Below the pieces are notes generated by a model. It was not told the DNA's origin. It saw only the letters and a program-made list of their open reading frames with translations, and ran no database searches. The translations under genes and the position numbers were made by a program. DNA of 64,000 nt from Gallionella sp. (GTDB lineage Bacteria; Pseudomonadota; Gammaproteobacteria; Burkholderiales; Gallionellaceae): NCBI GenBank assembly GCA_028714075.1, contig JAQTMZ010000001.1:279753-343752 (forward strand). The letters run 5' to 3'. Of the stretch, positions 32,665 through 43,367 are shown piece by piece. The stretch's first letter is position 1, and the number at the start of each line of letters is the position of its first letter.

Positions 32665-33279
32665 TTAGATATCCATCACTTCAAGAACGCTTAACACCTT
32701 CTGCACGCAATCCTGCAAATCCATCTCCGCTGTTTTTACCGTCAGTTCGGGCGCATCCGGCGGTTCGTAGGCAGAAGAAACACCGGTGAACTGGCCGATC
32801 TCCCCCGTGCGCGCTTTCTTGTACAGCCCCTTTACATCGCGCTGCTCGCATACTTCGATCGGGCATTGGCAATAAATCTCGATAAATTCGCCCGGCTGCA
32901 CCATGGCGCGCACCTTGTTGCGATCTTCGCGGAACGGTGAAATAAAGGCCGTCAGCACGATCACGCCAGCCTCCATGAAAAGCTTGGCGACTTCGCCGAC
33001 CCGGCGGATATTTTCAGCCCTGTCTGCTGCCGAAAATCCCAGATCCCCGCACAATCCATGGCGTACATTATCACCGTCCAGCACGAACGTCCGGCATCCC
33101 ATGCGATGCAGTTGCTCTTCCACGGCATGCGCCAGAGTTGACTTGCCTGCGCCTGAAAGCCCGGTAAACCAGAGAATGGCGCCGCGATGTTTGTTCATCG
33201 CCTCGCGCCGCGCGCGCGTTACCGTAGCGCGATGCCACACGACATTATCAGAAATCGAAGCGGTACTTTCATTTGCCAT
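32665..33279 (-). CDS. cysC: Adenylylsulfate (APS) kinase
   Basis: [33 protein letters not shown]. Confidence 0.96.
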   Translation of the reverse strand: MANESTASISDNVVWHRATVTRARREAMNKHRGAILWFTGLSGAGKSTLAHAVEEQLHRMGCRTFVLDGDNVRHGLCGDLGFSAADRAENIRRVGEVAKLFMEAGVIVLTAFISPFREDRNKVRAMVQPGEFIEIYCQCPIEVCEQRDVKGLYKKARTGEIGQFTGVSSAYEPPDAPELTVKTAEMDLQDCVQKVLSVLEVMDI

Positions 33280-33467
33280 GGTTCAGATTTTGATTCTTTG
33301 GCGTAAAGCGTTAAAAATTGATGTTGGAATATTGACAGGATACCGTGATGCGAGCCAAGCACAAATTATTTCTACATACTATGAATGTTATTTTAGGTGT
33401 TCGATCCGATTGGCTTTGTTAAAACTCAAGTAAAATACTTTGCAATGAATGATTGAGGATAGTGAGT

Positions 33468-35492
33468 GTGATACTAGGAAGAAACGATCCATGCATATGC
33501 GGCAGCGGGGAAAAGTACAAAAAATGCTGTGGCAGGCTCGAGTCCGGCCTGCCAGTTCAATCACGGCAGCAAAGTATCGATAACACTACACAGAACAGCT
33601 CTGTGAAGGGCGCTGTGCCTGTGCAAGACGAGTTTAACCAACTTATGGCCCTGTACAACGCCGGACACTATGCGGAGTTGGAAAGCAGGGCACATTTGCT
33701 GCTTGAGCAGCACCCGGATTCCGGGCTTGCCTGGAAAATACTGGGAGCTACTCTTCAGGTGCAAGGCAAAGACAGCTTGCACGCTTTGCGGAAGGCGACG
33801 GAGTTTTCACCCAATGATGCCGAGGCACATAACAATCTGGGTGCCGCCTTCAAGGATATAGGCAGGATGGATGAGGCCGAGGCTAGCCTTCGGCGCGCAC
33901 TGGAGATCAAACCGGAAATTGCCGAGGTACATAGCAATCTAGGTCAAATCCTGCTGGCGCAATGCAGGTTTGACGAGGCCGAGGTCAGTTATCGGCGGGC
34001 ATTAAAGATCAAACCTGGTTATGCCGAGGCATACGGTGGTTTGGGAGGAGCTCTCTTGTATATGGGTTGCCTGAACGAGGCAGAGGTCAACTGCCGGCGG
34101 GCGCTGGATATCCAGCCTGGTTTAGCCGAAGCGTACTGCAATTTGGGTGAAATATTAAGGCTTCAGGGACGCCTAGGCGAGGCCGAGGCCAGCTTTCGGC
34201 GGGCACTGGAGATCAAACCGGATTTCGTCGACGCATGGAGCACTTTGTTGTTTTCCTGTGGCTACCATGCCTTGCTTGATCCACGTGAATATCTTGCCCA
34301 AGCCCGCAATTGGGAACTGGACTGCGTGTCTGCACAGGACCGTCAGGCTGCGCATAACCGGACTTTTAACCGCATACCGCTCGCTGGCATGCGTCTGAGG
34401 GTGGGTTATGTGTCGGGAGATTACCGCCAGCACGCAGTGAGCTACTTTATAGAGCAGCTTTTCGCCCACCATGACCGTGCGCGAATAGAGCTATTCGCCT
34501 ATTCCAACCATGTGCAAAGCGATACCGTCACAGAACGTTTGCGAGCGCTGGTGGAACACTGGGTTCCAATCGCGGGAATTCCCGATGCGGCAATCCGGGA
34601 ACGGATAGAGGCAGACGGCATCGATGTGCTGATCGATCTGTCCGGCCACACCGGCCATAGCCGTCTAGGGATTTTTGCCCGCCGTGCCGCGCCAGTGCAG
34701 GCCCATTACCTGGGTTATTTCGCCAGCACGGGATTGACGGAAATGGACTACTGGATCGGCGATGAAATCCTGACCCCTCCAGAAACAGACAGCCATTTTA
34801 GCGAACGGGTCTGGCGCTTGCCGCGGGTGTGGGTAAGCTATGACGGCAAGGCTGGCGTTCCCGTTCCCGATTGGCAGCCAAGTCAGGACGGTGTCGTATG
34901 GTTGGGGAGTTTTAATAATCTGAGCAAGCTGACGCCAGCGACCCTGAACCTTTGGGCAAAGGTGCTCCATGCTCTGCCGGAGGGCAAGCTGCTGCTGAAG
35001 ACCAAAGAGCTAAGCGATAATGTTACTCGCCAGCGTATTTTGGATGCCATGTCGGGCTATGGCATTGGATCCGATCGCATTGAACTGCAAGGCAGCAGCG
35101 CCACGCCTGGTTGGATGGAGCATATGGCCTATTACAACCGGCTGGATATTGCGCTCGACCCTGTCGGCGGCGTGGGTGGCGGCACCACTACTTGCGATGC
35201 ACTGTGGATGGGGGTGCCGGTCATTGCCTGCGAGGGGGACCGTATGGCGTCGCTTATGACCGCCTCCATGCTGAACGCCGTCGGCCGCTCGGAATGGGTA
35301 GCACGCTCTGAGGCGGAATACATGGGCAAGGTTATTGCGCTTGCCCGTGATGTGGAACAGCGCAAGGCGCTTCGCTTTGTCCAGCGCAACCGGATGGCTT
35401 CCAGCCCGTTGTGCGATGCGCGTGGTTTGGCCATGTCCTTGGAGAATGCCTACTTTGAGATGTTCGAGCGGTGGTTCGATGAGAAAAATTAG
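33468..35492 (+). CDS. SEC-C + TPR + SPINDLY-like GT41 glycosyltransferase (copy A)
   Basis: GRNDPCICGSGEKYKKCC; four tandem 34-aa TPRs; RVGYVSGDYRQHAV, DLSGHT, GSFNNLSK, TTTCDALWMGVPV. Confidence 0.9.
   Translation: MILGRNDPCICGSGEKYKKCCGRLESGLPVQSRQQSIDNTTQNSSVKGAVPVQDEFNQLMALYNAGHYAELESRAHLLLEQHPDSGLAWKILGATLQVQGKDSLHALRKATEFSPNDAEAHNNLGAAFKDIGRMDEAEASLRRALEIKPEIAEVHSNLGQILLAQCRFDEAEVSYRRALKIKPGYAEAYGGLGGALLYMGCLNEAEVNCRRALDIQPGLAEAYCNLGEILRLQGRLGEAEASFRRALEIKPDFVDAWSTLLFSCGYHALLDPREYLAQARNWELDCVSAQDRQAAHNRTFNRIPLAGMRLRVGYVSGDYRQHAVSYFIEQLFAHHDRARIELFAYSNHVQSDTVTERLRALVEHWVPIAGIPDAAIRERIEADGIDVLIDLSGHTGHSRLGIFARRAAPVQAHYLGYFASTGLTEMDYWIGDEILTPPETDSHFSERVWRLPRVWVSYDGKAGVPVPDWQPSQDGVVWLGSFNNLSKLTPATLNLWAKVLHALPEGKLLLKTKELSDNVTRQRILDAMSGYGIGSDRIELQGSSATPGWMEHMAYYNRLDIALDPVGGVGGGTTTCDALWMGVPVIACEGDRMASLMTASMLNAVGRSEWVARSEAEYMGKVIALARDVEQRKALRFVQRNRMASSPLCDARGLAMSLENAYFEMFERWFDEKN
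34268..35467 (+). repeat. 1,200-bp direct repeat, copy 1
   Basis: Appears identical to 42146-43345 (offset 7,878); identical spurious ORFs recur at this offset in the track. Confidence 0.9.
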
Positions 35493-35524
35493 CAAGATTT
35501 GCACAACTACGTAAAATAGCGTGC

Positions 35525-36316
35525 ATGAAAAAAACTGACTCGGTACCGACAAACTGGCGCACTCCCCTTGAGACGCGCCCTGATCTTAACTTCGTCGTAA
35601 GGGATATGCAACGCACATTTCTGCGTGTGGCCGACAATCTGCGCTGGTACGAGCAGACTTGGCTCGGCGTCCCGATCTGGCAATTGCCGGATGACTTGGT
35701 AGCATTGCAGCGCATCGTGTCCGATGTCAATCCGAAGTGGATAGTCGAGACGGGCACCAAATTTGGCGGCTCGGCTATTTTTTTTGCATCGCTACTGGCG
35801 ATGATGGGGCGCACCGCCGAGTCTGGTGGCGGTATCATTACGGTGGATGTGCATGAAACGACCGAGGCGAAGGAGCTTTTGTTAGACAAGCCACACCGTT
35901 TTGCACCTTTGGTGCGCCAACGCCTGATTGGTGATGCCAAGGCGCCTGAAATACTTGCCTCCATAAGCGCAACGATTGCGGCTGATCCAGGCTCGGTGAT
36001 GGTTTTTCTAGACGATTGGCATGATGGTGACCATGTCTATGCCGAGATGTTGGTCTACTCAGAACTGGTGACACCGGGGGGAATCCTGATTGTCGCAGAT
36101 ACCACTTTCGAGGATCTGGCGGATACACCGGTAGTGGTGCCCAGCGAAAAATATCCCGATGCAAAGCGTTCCAATCCGCGTGTGGCATTAAGGCGCTTCC
36201 TGTCCGAACGCAGCGATTTTGCGGTGATTACGGATTACACTTCCACGGGGATCAGCAATTTTCCAGACAGCGTGCTGCGCAAGGCAGGGCTGGAAGCGCA
36301 CGGCAATTCAGCATGA
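35525..36316 (+). CDS. CmcI/cephalosporin-hydroxylase-family (sugar O-)methyltransferase
   Basis: WLGVPIWQLPDD, WIVETGTKFGGSA, VFLDDWHDGDHV, GGILIVADT. Confidence 0.85.
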   Translation: MKKTDSVPTNWRTPLETRPDLNFVVRDMQRTFLRVADNLRWYEQTWLGVPIWQLPDDLVALQRIVSDVNPKWIVETGTKFGGSAIFFASLLAMMGRTAESGGGIITVDVHETTEAKELLLDKPHRFAPLVRQRLIGDAKAPEILASISATIAADPGSVMVFLDDWHDGDHVYAEMLVYSELVTPGGILIVADTTFEDLADTPVVVPSEKYPDAKRSNPRVALRRFLSERSDFAVITDYTSTGISNFPDSVLRKAGLEAHGNSA

Positions 36317-36837
36317 TCCGTAAAGGGATACACCCTTCCGCCGTGGTGGAAAACTTGGGGTCTGTTCTGATACCCGAGAGCACAATAATAGAACCGCTTG
36401 CAGTGGTGTTTGTTGGCGGGCGGGGCAGGCTCAATCTAGGCGAGATGAACACGATCTATCCCGGTGCGACTATCCGCATTGATCAGGGATGGATGGAAAC
36501 CGGGAGAGAGGTGTCATTTGGCTCGGGTTGTCATATCTACGAACCTCGCGCCGGCCTTACCATTGGCGATCACAGTATGATTGGGGGTGGAGTGCTGATT
36601 TGCGGGGTGAATCATGGGTATGCCATTCGGGGTGAGCCCATGCGCCATCAGCCAGTTGAGGCAGCACCCATTGTGATCGGGAAGGATGTGTGGGTTGGTA
36701 TGGGCGCCATCATTTTGCCCGGCGTCACACTCGGAGACGGTGCAATTATTGCTGCCGGGGCGGTGGTGACATCCGACGTAGCACCAGGGGCTGTGGTAAG
36801 CGGTGTTCCGGCACGATTTGCGAAACACAGGGAGTAG
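36313..36837 (+). CDS. Left-handed beta-helix (hexapeptide) acyltransferase
   Basis: NHGY, PIVIGKDVWVG, AGAVVTSDV, GVPAR. Confidence 0.9.
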   Translation: MIRKGIHPSAVVENLGSVLIPESTIIEPLAVVFVGGRGRLNLGEMNTIYPGATIRIDQGWMETGREVSFGSGCHIYEPRAGLTIGDHSMIGGGVLICGVNHGYAIRGEPMRHQPVEAAPIVIGKDVWVGMGAIILPGVTLGDGAIIAAGAVVTSDVAPGAVVSGVPARFAKHRE

Positions 36838-36843
36838 AAAATT

Positions 36844-37380
36844 ATGAAACTTCATCTGGGTTGCGGCCCTCGTTATATACCGGGGTTTGTACATGTTGAC
36901 GCGCAGCATGCACCTCATGTGGATATTGTCGGGCCGGTAGAGTGCTTGCCGATGGATGACAATAGCGCCTCCCTGATCTATGCCAGCCATGTGCTGGAGC
37001 ACTTCGGGCGACATGCCTATAAAGAGGTACTCAAGGAATGGTTCCGGGTGCTGAAACCCGGCGGCATACTGCGCCTGTCGGTTCCGGACTTTGCCGCCTG
37101 CGCGGCGATTTATTACGAGAACGGTTTGGCCGATGGGCTAAGTGGACTGGTCGGCCTGATCATCGGCGGGCAGCGCAATGAGCACGACTTTCATAAAATG
37201 ATTTTTGATGAAGATTTTTTGCGCCGTGATCTTCTTTCGATCGGTTTTCGTGAAGTGCGGCGCTGGGATTGGCGGGCGACCGAGCACGCCGAAGTCGATG
37301 ACTATTCACAGGCGCACATACCGCACCTGCATAAAGAGGATGGCAGGTTGATGAGCCTCAACATTGAGGCCGTCAAGTAG
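36844..37380 (+). CDS. Class I SAM-dependent methyltransferase
   Basis: KLHLGCG, SHVLEH, RVLKPGGILRLSVPD. Confidence 0.88.
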   Translation: MKLHLGCGPRYIPGFVHVDAQHAPHVDIVGPVECLPMDDNSASLIYASHVLEHFGRHAYKEVLKEWFRVLKPGGILRLSVPDFAACAAIYYENGLADGLSGLVGLIIGGQRNEHDFHKMIFDEDFLRRDLLSIGFREVRRWDWRATEHAEVDDYSQAHIPHLHKEDGRLMSLNIEAVK

Positions 37381-37457
37381 TTGCGGGAGGGTGTGGCAGT
37401 GGGTCATCAGATCACCGAGGGTGTAATAAACCCAAATAATCCATTAACCCAAAGCTG

Positions 37458-37484
37458 CGTCATTCGGCGCAGGCCGGAATGACG
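37458..37484. repeat. Collapsed REP-like palindrome CGTCATTC-GGCGCAGGCC-GGAATGACG
   Basis: Inverted repeat in the methyltransferase-manC spacer. Confidence 0.5.
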
Positions 37485-37583
37485 GGCTAGTGGACTACCC
37501 GGGATAAACTCAAAACTCGAATCAAAAATGGTAAGTAAAAAATCGACTGTTGCCAACGTAATATTTTAGGGGAAGGTGGCATT

Positions 37584-39107
37584 TTGAAGCAGAAAAGTAT
37601 TTGTGCGACTATTCTCGCTGGTGGTAGCGGTAGCCGCTTGTGGCCGCTATCGCGCCGACATTTGCCCAAACAATTTCTGTCACTGAATGGTGACATGTCG
37701 CTGCTGCAAACCACCATCAACCGCCTGGCACCGGTGATTGATGCCAAGAATATCCTGATTGTCACGCAAGAGGCACTCGCCAAAGGCGAGGCTTATCACG
37801 CACTGCTGCCCTATCAGAGCCTGTTTGAACCGGTTGGGCGTAACACTGCCCCGGCCATCGCCCTGGCGGCCGCCTACCTGATGTTGGATGGCGCGGATCC
37901 TATCATGGTCGTGTTGCCTGCCGACCACATCATCAAAGATGAAGTGCGTTTTCTCGCGCATTTGAATATTGCGATTGAAGCTGCCGAGAGTGGCAAGCTC
38001 ATTACCTTCGGCATTCAGCCCACTCGACCTGATACCGGCTTCGGCTATATCAAAGCTAAAAAAAGGACTGAGTGCCAAGAACCGAGGACTGAGGAGCGGG
38101 GGCCGAGTGCAAAAGCAGCGAGTGGTTCTACTCAGCCCGCAGCCCTCGAACCTCATTCCTGTATTTATGAAGTCGAGCGCTTTATCGAAAAGCCAGACCA
38201 CGCTACCGCCGAGCACTTTCTCAAGGAAGGCGATTTCTATTGGAACTCCGGCATGTTCGTCTGGCGTGCTTCGGTGATTCTGGCTGAAATCGAGCAACAC
38301 CTGCCTGCTGTTTATCAGGTAATTCAAAACATCATTGCAGAGAGCTACTCCGCTGGAACATTCCAGCAAGCCGTAGAAAATCACTTCGCCGCCATGCCCT
38401 CAGTTTCCATCGATTACGGCGTATTGGAGAAATCCAGCCGCGTATCATTGATCCGCTGCGACATCGGCTGGAACGATGTGGGCAGTTGGCAGGCCGTTCA
38501 CGAAATTTCCGCCAAAGATGAAAACGGTAATGTGCTGCAAGGCAACGTCATCGCACTGGATTGCAAAAATAGTTTGATCCGTGCCGAGAAACGACTGGTT
38601 GCTGCCATCGGCGTGGAAGATATTTGCGTTATCGAAACTGCCGATGCGGTACTGATCTCAAAAAACGACCAGACTCAGCGTGTGCGCGAAGTGGTCGATG
38701 TCCTTCATCATTGCGGTGCGACCGAGCATGTTTATCACGCCAAGGTCAATCGTCCGTGGGGTAGCTACACAATACTGGAGGAAGATCAGGAAGGCTTCAA
38801 GATCAAACGCATCGAAGTTGCTCCGGGTGCGCGACTCAGCCTGCAAAGTCATAATCAGCGCTCCGAGCATTGGGTAGTAGTCGCCGGCACGGCAACCATT
38901 ACTAATGGTGATGAAGTGATTACCGTGCAGAAAAACCAGAGTACCTACATTCCGATAGGCGCGAAACATCGCTTGGAAAATCGTGCTAGCGAACCGTTGC
39001 ACATCGTTGAAGTGCAGGTTGGTAACTATCTGGACGAGGATGACATTCAGCGATATGAAGATAATTACGGCAGGCAGCCAGCAATCACAAAGGGTATTGA
39101 AAAATGA
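37584..39107 (+). CDS. manC: Mannose-1-P guanylyltransferase/mannose-6-P isomerase with ~32-aa insertion
   Basis: [31 protein letters not shown]-terminal cupin ([12 protein letters not shown]). Confidence 0.95.
   Translation: MKQKSICATILAGGSGSRLWPLSRRHLPKQFLSLNGDMSLLQTTINRLAPVIDAKNILIVTQEALAKGEAYHALLPYQSLFEPVGRNTAPAIALAAAYLMLDGADPIMVVLPADHIIKDEVRFLAHLNIAIEAAESGKLITFGIQPTRPDTGFGYIKAKKRTECQEPRTEERGPSAKAASGSTQPAALEPHSCIYEVERFIEKPDHATAEHFLKEGDFYWNSGMFVWRASVILAEIEQHLPAVYQVIQNIIAESYSAGTFQQAVENHFAAMPSVSIDYGVLEKSSRVSLIRCDIGWNDVGSWQAVHEISAKDENGNVLQGNVIALDCKNSLIRAEKRLVAAIGVEDICVIETADAVLISKNDQTQRVREVVDVLHHCGATEHVYHAKVNRPWGSYTILEEDQEGFKIKRIEVAPGARLSLQSHNQRSEHWVVVAGTATITNGDEVITVQKNQSTYIPIGAKHRLENRASEPLHIVEVQVGNYLDEDDIQRYEDNYGRQPAITKGIEK
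38064..38160. repeat. Heptamer tandem-repeat hairpin inside manC, in frame
   Basis: (AGGACTG)-like x6 ... (CTCAGCC)-like x4; encodes [32 protein letters not shown]. Confidence 0.75.
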
Positions 39108-40198
39108 GCCCAACTAAAAAAGTTGCATTGATCACCGGCATTACCGGACAGGACGGGGCCTACCTTGCCGAGTTCCTGCTTAAAAAAGGCTATGACGTAC
39201 ATGGCGTTAAACGGCGCTCATCCCTGTTCAACACGGACCGTATCGATCACCTTTACCAAGATCCGCACGTCAATGATGCGCACTTTTTTTTGCACTACGG
39301 CGACCTGACCGATTCTACCAACCTGATCCGCATCATCCAGCAGGTGCAGCCCGACGAGATATACAATCTCGCGGCGATGAGCCATGTCGCGGTTTCCTTT
39401 GAAACACCCGAATACACTGCTAATGTAGATGGCGTAGGGACGCTACGTATTCTCGAAGCGATCCGTATCCTCGGTATGGAAAAGAAAACCCGTTTCTACC
39501 AGGCATCCACCTCCGAGCTATACGGACTGGTGCAGGAAACTCCGCAAAAGGAAACCACGCCGTTCTATCCGCGCAGCCCCTACGCAGTGGCCAAGCTATA
39601 CGCTTACTGGATTACCATCAATTACCGCGAGGCTTATGGCATCTACGCTTGCAACGGTATCCTGTTCAATCACGAAAGCCCCGTTCGCGGTGAAACCTTT
39701 GTCACGCGCAAGATCACCCGCGCTTTGGCTCGCATCAAACTCGGCCTACAGGATTGCCTTTACCTCGGCAATCTCGATGCACTGCGCGATTGGGGGCACG
39801 CTAAAGACTATGTCGAAATGCAATGGCTGATGTTGCAGCAGGAGCAAGCCGAGGATTTTGTGATCGCCACTGGCGTACAGTACAGCGTGCGCCAGTTCGT
39901 CGAAATCGCGGCGCAGGAACTGGGTATCAGCATCAAATGGCAAGGCTCAGGGGCGAACGAAAAAGGCTGCAACGCTGCCGGACAATGCATCGTGCAAGTC
40001 GATCCGCGTTACTTCCGCCCCACCGAAGTCGAAACCCTGCTGGGTGATCCCACTAAAGCCAAACAAAAACTCGGCTGGACAACGAAGATCACCTTCCACG
40101 AAATGGTGGCCGAAATGGTGTGCGAAGATCTCAAGAGCGCCGAGCGCGATGAACTGGTCAAAAAGCACGGCTTTGCCGCATACGATTACCACGAATAA
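39104..40198 (+). CDS. gmd: GDP-mannose 4,6-dehydratase
   Basis: GITGQDG, YQASTSE, SPYAVAK. Confidence 0.98.
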   Translation: MSPTKKVALITGITGQDGAYLAEFLLKKGYDVHGVKRRSSLFNTDRIDHLYQDPHVNDAHFFLHYGDLTDSTNLIRIIQQVQPDEIYNLAAMSHVAVSFETPEYTANVDGVGTLRILEAIRILGMEKKTRFYQASTSELYGLVQETPQKETTPFYPRSPYAVAKLYAYWITINYREAYGIYACNGILFNHESPVRGETFVTRKITRALARIKLGLQDCLYLGNLDALRDWGHAKDYVEMQWLMLQQEQAEDFVIATGVQYSVRQFVEIAAQELGISIKWQGSGANEKGCNAAGQCIVQVDPRYFRPTEVETLLGDPTKAKQKLGWTTKITFHEMVAEMVCEDLKSAERDELVKKHGFAAYDYHE

Positions 40199-40207
40199 AG
40201 AGCATCG

Positions 40208-41191
40208 ATGGACAAGCACAGCAAAATCTACATCGCCGGTCATTGTGGCCTTGCCGGTAGCGCAATCATGCGCGAGCTGCAACGGCAAGGCTACACCAAT
40301 CTGGTAGGGCGTACGCACGCCGAACTGGACTTGGAAGACGCTGTTGCCACACATCAATTCTTCGAGCAAGAGCGTCCTCAGGTGGTATTTTTGGCTGCGG
40401 CCAAAGTCGGCGGCATCCATGCCAACAGCACCTATCCGGTGGAATTCCTGATGAGCAACCTGCTGGTTGAGGCCAGCGTCTGCCGTGCTGCTCACGCGAC
40501 AGACGTGAAACGACTGATCTTTCTGGGGAGCTCCTGCATCTACCCGCGCGATTGCCCGCAGCCGATCAAGGAAGAATATCTGCTCACCGGCCCACTCGAA
40601 GCAACCAACCGTCCTTATGCTCTGGCCAAGATCGCCGGTATCGAAATGTGCTGGTCATATAATCGTCAGTATGGCACCAAATGGCTGGCTGCGATGCCGA
40701 CCAACTTGTATGGCCCCGGCGACAGTTACGATTTGAATAATTCCCATGTTCTGCCCGCGCTGATCCGCAAGATGCACGAGGCGAAAGTTTCCGGTGCGAC
40801 TGAGGTGGTGTTGTGGGGCAGCGGCAAACCCAAGCGCGAGTTTATGTATGTAGATGATCTGGCGAATGCGTTGGTGTTCTTGGCGGCTTTGGACGATCAG
40901 TGTTACAACTTATTAGTTGCTCCCGCTTTGTGTCCGATTATCAATATTGGCACAGGCGAAGACGTAACCATTCGCGAACTAGCAGAGGTAATTGCTGGCG
41001 TAGTGGGTTACACAGGCAAGTTTATACAAGATACACACCAACCGGATGGCACAATGCGTAAGGTACTGGATGTGTCAAAGATTCAAGGCTTGGGGTGGCA
41101 GGCGAGTACAAACCTAAAAAAAGGCATTGGTTTAACCTACAATGAATTTAGCAAATTGGCTCCAATTCCAGATAGGGCTGCCGCTAATTGA
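40208..41191 (+). CDS. fcl: GDP-L-fucose synthase
   Basis: AAAKVGGIHAN, LGSSCIYP, YALAK, PTNLYGP, SHVLPAL. Confidence 0.96.
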   Translation: MDKHSKIYIAGHCGLAGSAIMRELQRQGYTNLVGRTHAELDLEDAVATHQFFEQERPQVVFLAAAKVGGIHANSTYPVEFLMSNLLVEASVCRAAHATDVKRLIFLGSSCIYPRDCPQPIKEEYLLTGPLEATNRPYALAKIAGIEMCWSYNRQYGTKWLAAMPTNLYGPGDSYDLNNSHVLPALIRKMHEAKVSGATEVVLWGSGKPKREFMYVDDLANALVFLAALDDQCYNLLVAPALCPIINIGTGEDVTIRELAEVIAGVVGYTGKFIQDTHQPDGTMRKVLDVSKIQGLGWQASTNLKKGIGLTYNEFSKLAPIPDRAAAN

Positions 41192-41450
41192 CTACCGACA
41201 ACCGTTCGGTTTGGCCCTTCGGTTTCACTCAGGACTAAAGATATTGTTGAAGGCAAGTAGTGGCAAGGTAATTGTGATTCGACAGGTTCTGATAACAGTT
41301 AATTAGTGACTAATGCGATACTCTGTGCTAAGCCACTGTTTAGCTACGAGCGGCTTAGTTGAGGTTTGCCCGCCCTATGCCGGTTGTGTCATGAAGTTAA
41401 GTCCGTGAGATAAAATGCCCCGCAAAGAATCGGTCGAAGGAATGTAATAA

Positions 41451-43367
41451 ATGAGATCAGGAAGAAACGATCCGTGCATCTGCGGTAGCGGGAAGAAATA
41501 CAAGAAATGCTGTGGCCAGCCCGAACCCAGCTTACCGGTTCAACCACGGCAACCTCAAAATACTGCTGCGCATAACCGCTCTGCGACGGGTGTAACGCCT
41601 GCACAAGACGAATTAAATCACCTTGCCGGGTTGTTTAATGCAGGCCGCCATGCGGAGTTGGAAAGTCGGACGCGCCTGCTGCTTGAGCGGTATCCGGATT
41701 CCGGACTTGTTTGGAAAATACTGGGAGCTATTCTTCAGATACAAGGCAAAGACAGCTTGTCCGCTTTGCAGAAGGCAGCGGAACTTCTACCTGATAGTGC
41801 CGATGTATACAACAATCTGGGCCTCGCCTTTATGGATGTGGACAGACTGGATGAGGCCGAGGCCAGCCTTCGGCACGCACTGAAGATTAAACCGGGTTTT
41901 GCTGAGGCATGTAGCAATCTTGGCATCGTTCTCAGGAGCATGGCTCGATTGGATGAAGCAGAAGCCAGCTACCGGCGGGCGCTTCAGACCGAGCCTGATT
42001 ATGCCGAGGCGCACTACAATTTGGGTATCACCCTTCAGGAGTTGGGACGCCTGAACGAGGCCGAGGCCAGCTTTCGGCGGGCACTGGAGATCAAGCCGGA
42101 TTATGCCAGGGCGCATAGCAATATGCTTTTTCTCCACGGCTATCGTGCCTTGCTTGATCCACGTGAATATCTTGCCCAAGCCCGCAATTGGGAACTGGAC
42201 TGCGTGTCTGCACAGGACCGTCAGGCTGCGCATAACCGGACTTTTAACCGCATACCGCTCGCTGGCATGCGTCTGAGGGTGGGTTATGTGTCGGGAGATT
42301 ACCGCCAGCACGCAGTGAGCTACTTTATAGAGCAGCTTTTCGCCCACCATGACCGTGCGCGAATAGAGCTATTCGCCTATTCCAACCATGTGCAAAGCGA
42401 TACCGTCACAGAACGTTTGCGAGCGCTGGTGGAACACTGGGTTCCAATCGCGGGAATTCCCGATGCGGCAATCCGGGAACGGATAGAGGCAGACGGCATC
42501 GATGTGCTGATCGATCTGTCCGGCCACACCGGCCATAGCCGTCTAGGGATTTTTGCCCGCCGTGCCGCGCCAGTGCAGGCCCATTACCTGGGTTATTTCG
42601 CCAGCACGGGATTGACGGAAATGGACTACTGGATCGGCGATGAAATCCTGACCCCTCCAGAAACAGACAGCCATTTTAGCGAACGGGTCTGGCGCTTGCC
42701 GCGGGTGTGGGTAAGCTATGACGGCAAGGCTGGCGTTCCCGTTCCCGATTGGCAGCCAAGTCAGGACGGTGTCGTATGGTTGGGGAGTTTTAATAATCTG
42801 AGCAAGCTGACGCCAGCGACCCTGAACCTTTGGGCAAAGGTGCTCCATGCTCTGCCGGAGGGCAAGCTGCTGCTGAAGACCAAAGAGCTAAGCGATAATG
42901 TTACTCGCCAGCGTATTTTGGATGCCATGTCGGGCTATGGCATTGGATCCGATCGCATTGAACTGCAAGGCAGCAGCGCCACGCCTGGTTGGATGGAGCA
43001 TATGGCCTATTACAACCGGCTGGATATTGCGCTCGACCCTGTCGGCGGCGTGGGTGGCGGCACCACTACTTGCGATGCACTGTGGATGGGGGTGCCGGTC
43101 ATTGCCTGCGAGGGGGACCGTATGGCGTCGCTTATGACCGCCTCCATGCTGAACGCCGTCGGCCGCTCGGAATGGGTAGCACGCTCTGAGGCGGAATACA
43201 TGGGCAAGGTTATTGCGCTTGCCCGTGATGTGGAACAGCGCAAGGCGCTTCGCTTTGTCCAGCGCAACCGGATGGCTTCCAGCCCGTTGTGCGATGCGCG
43301 TGGTTTGGCCATGTCCTTGGAGAATGCCTACTTTGAGATGTTCGAAGAAAAAATGGGGCAAGGATGA
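41451..43367 (+). CDS. SEC-C + TPR + SPINDLY-like GT41 glycosyltransferase (copy B)
   Basis: GRNDPCICGSGKKYKKCC; three tandem TPRs; catalytic part identical to copy A. Confidence 0.9.
   Translation: MRSGRNDPCICGSGKKYKKCCGQPEPSLPVQPRQPQNTAAHNRSATGVTPAQDELNHLAGLFNAGRHAELESRTRLLLERYPDSGLVWKILGAILQIQGKDSLSALQKAAELLPDSADVYNNLGLAFMDVDRLDEAEASLRHALKIKPGFAEACSNLGIVLRSMARLDEAEASYRRALQTEPDYAEAHYNLGITLQELGRLNEAEASFRRALEIKPDYARAHSNMLFLHGYRALLDPREYLAQARNWELDCVSAQDRQAAHNRTFNRIPLAGMRLRVGYVSGDYRQHAVSYFIEQLFAHHDRARIELFAYSNHVQSDTVTERLRALVEHWVPIAGIPDAAIRERIEADGIDVLIDLSGHTGHSRLGIFARRAAPVQAHYLGYFASTGLTEMDYWIGDEILTPPETDSHFSERVWRLPRVWVSYDGKAGVPVPDWQPSQDGVVWLGSFNNLSKLTPATLNLWAKVLHALPEGKLLLKTKELSDNVTRQRILDAMSGYGIGSDRIELQGSSATPGWMEHMAYYNRLDIALDPVGGVGGGTTTCDALWMGVPVIACEGDRMASLMTASMLNAVGRSEWVARSEAEYMGKVIALARDVEQRKALRFVQRNRMASSPLCDARGLAMSLENAYFEMFEEKMGQG
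42146..43345 (+). repeat. 1,200-bp direct repeat, copy 2
   Basis: Appears identical to 34268-35467. Confidence 0.9.
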
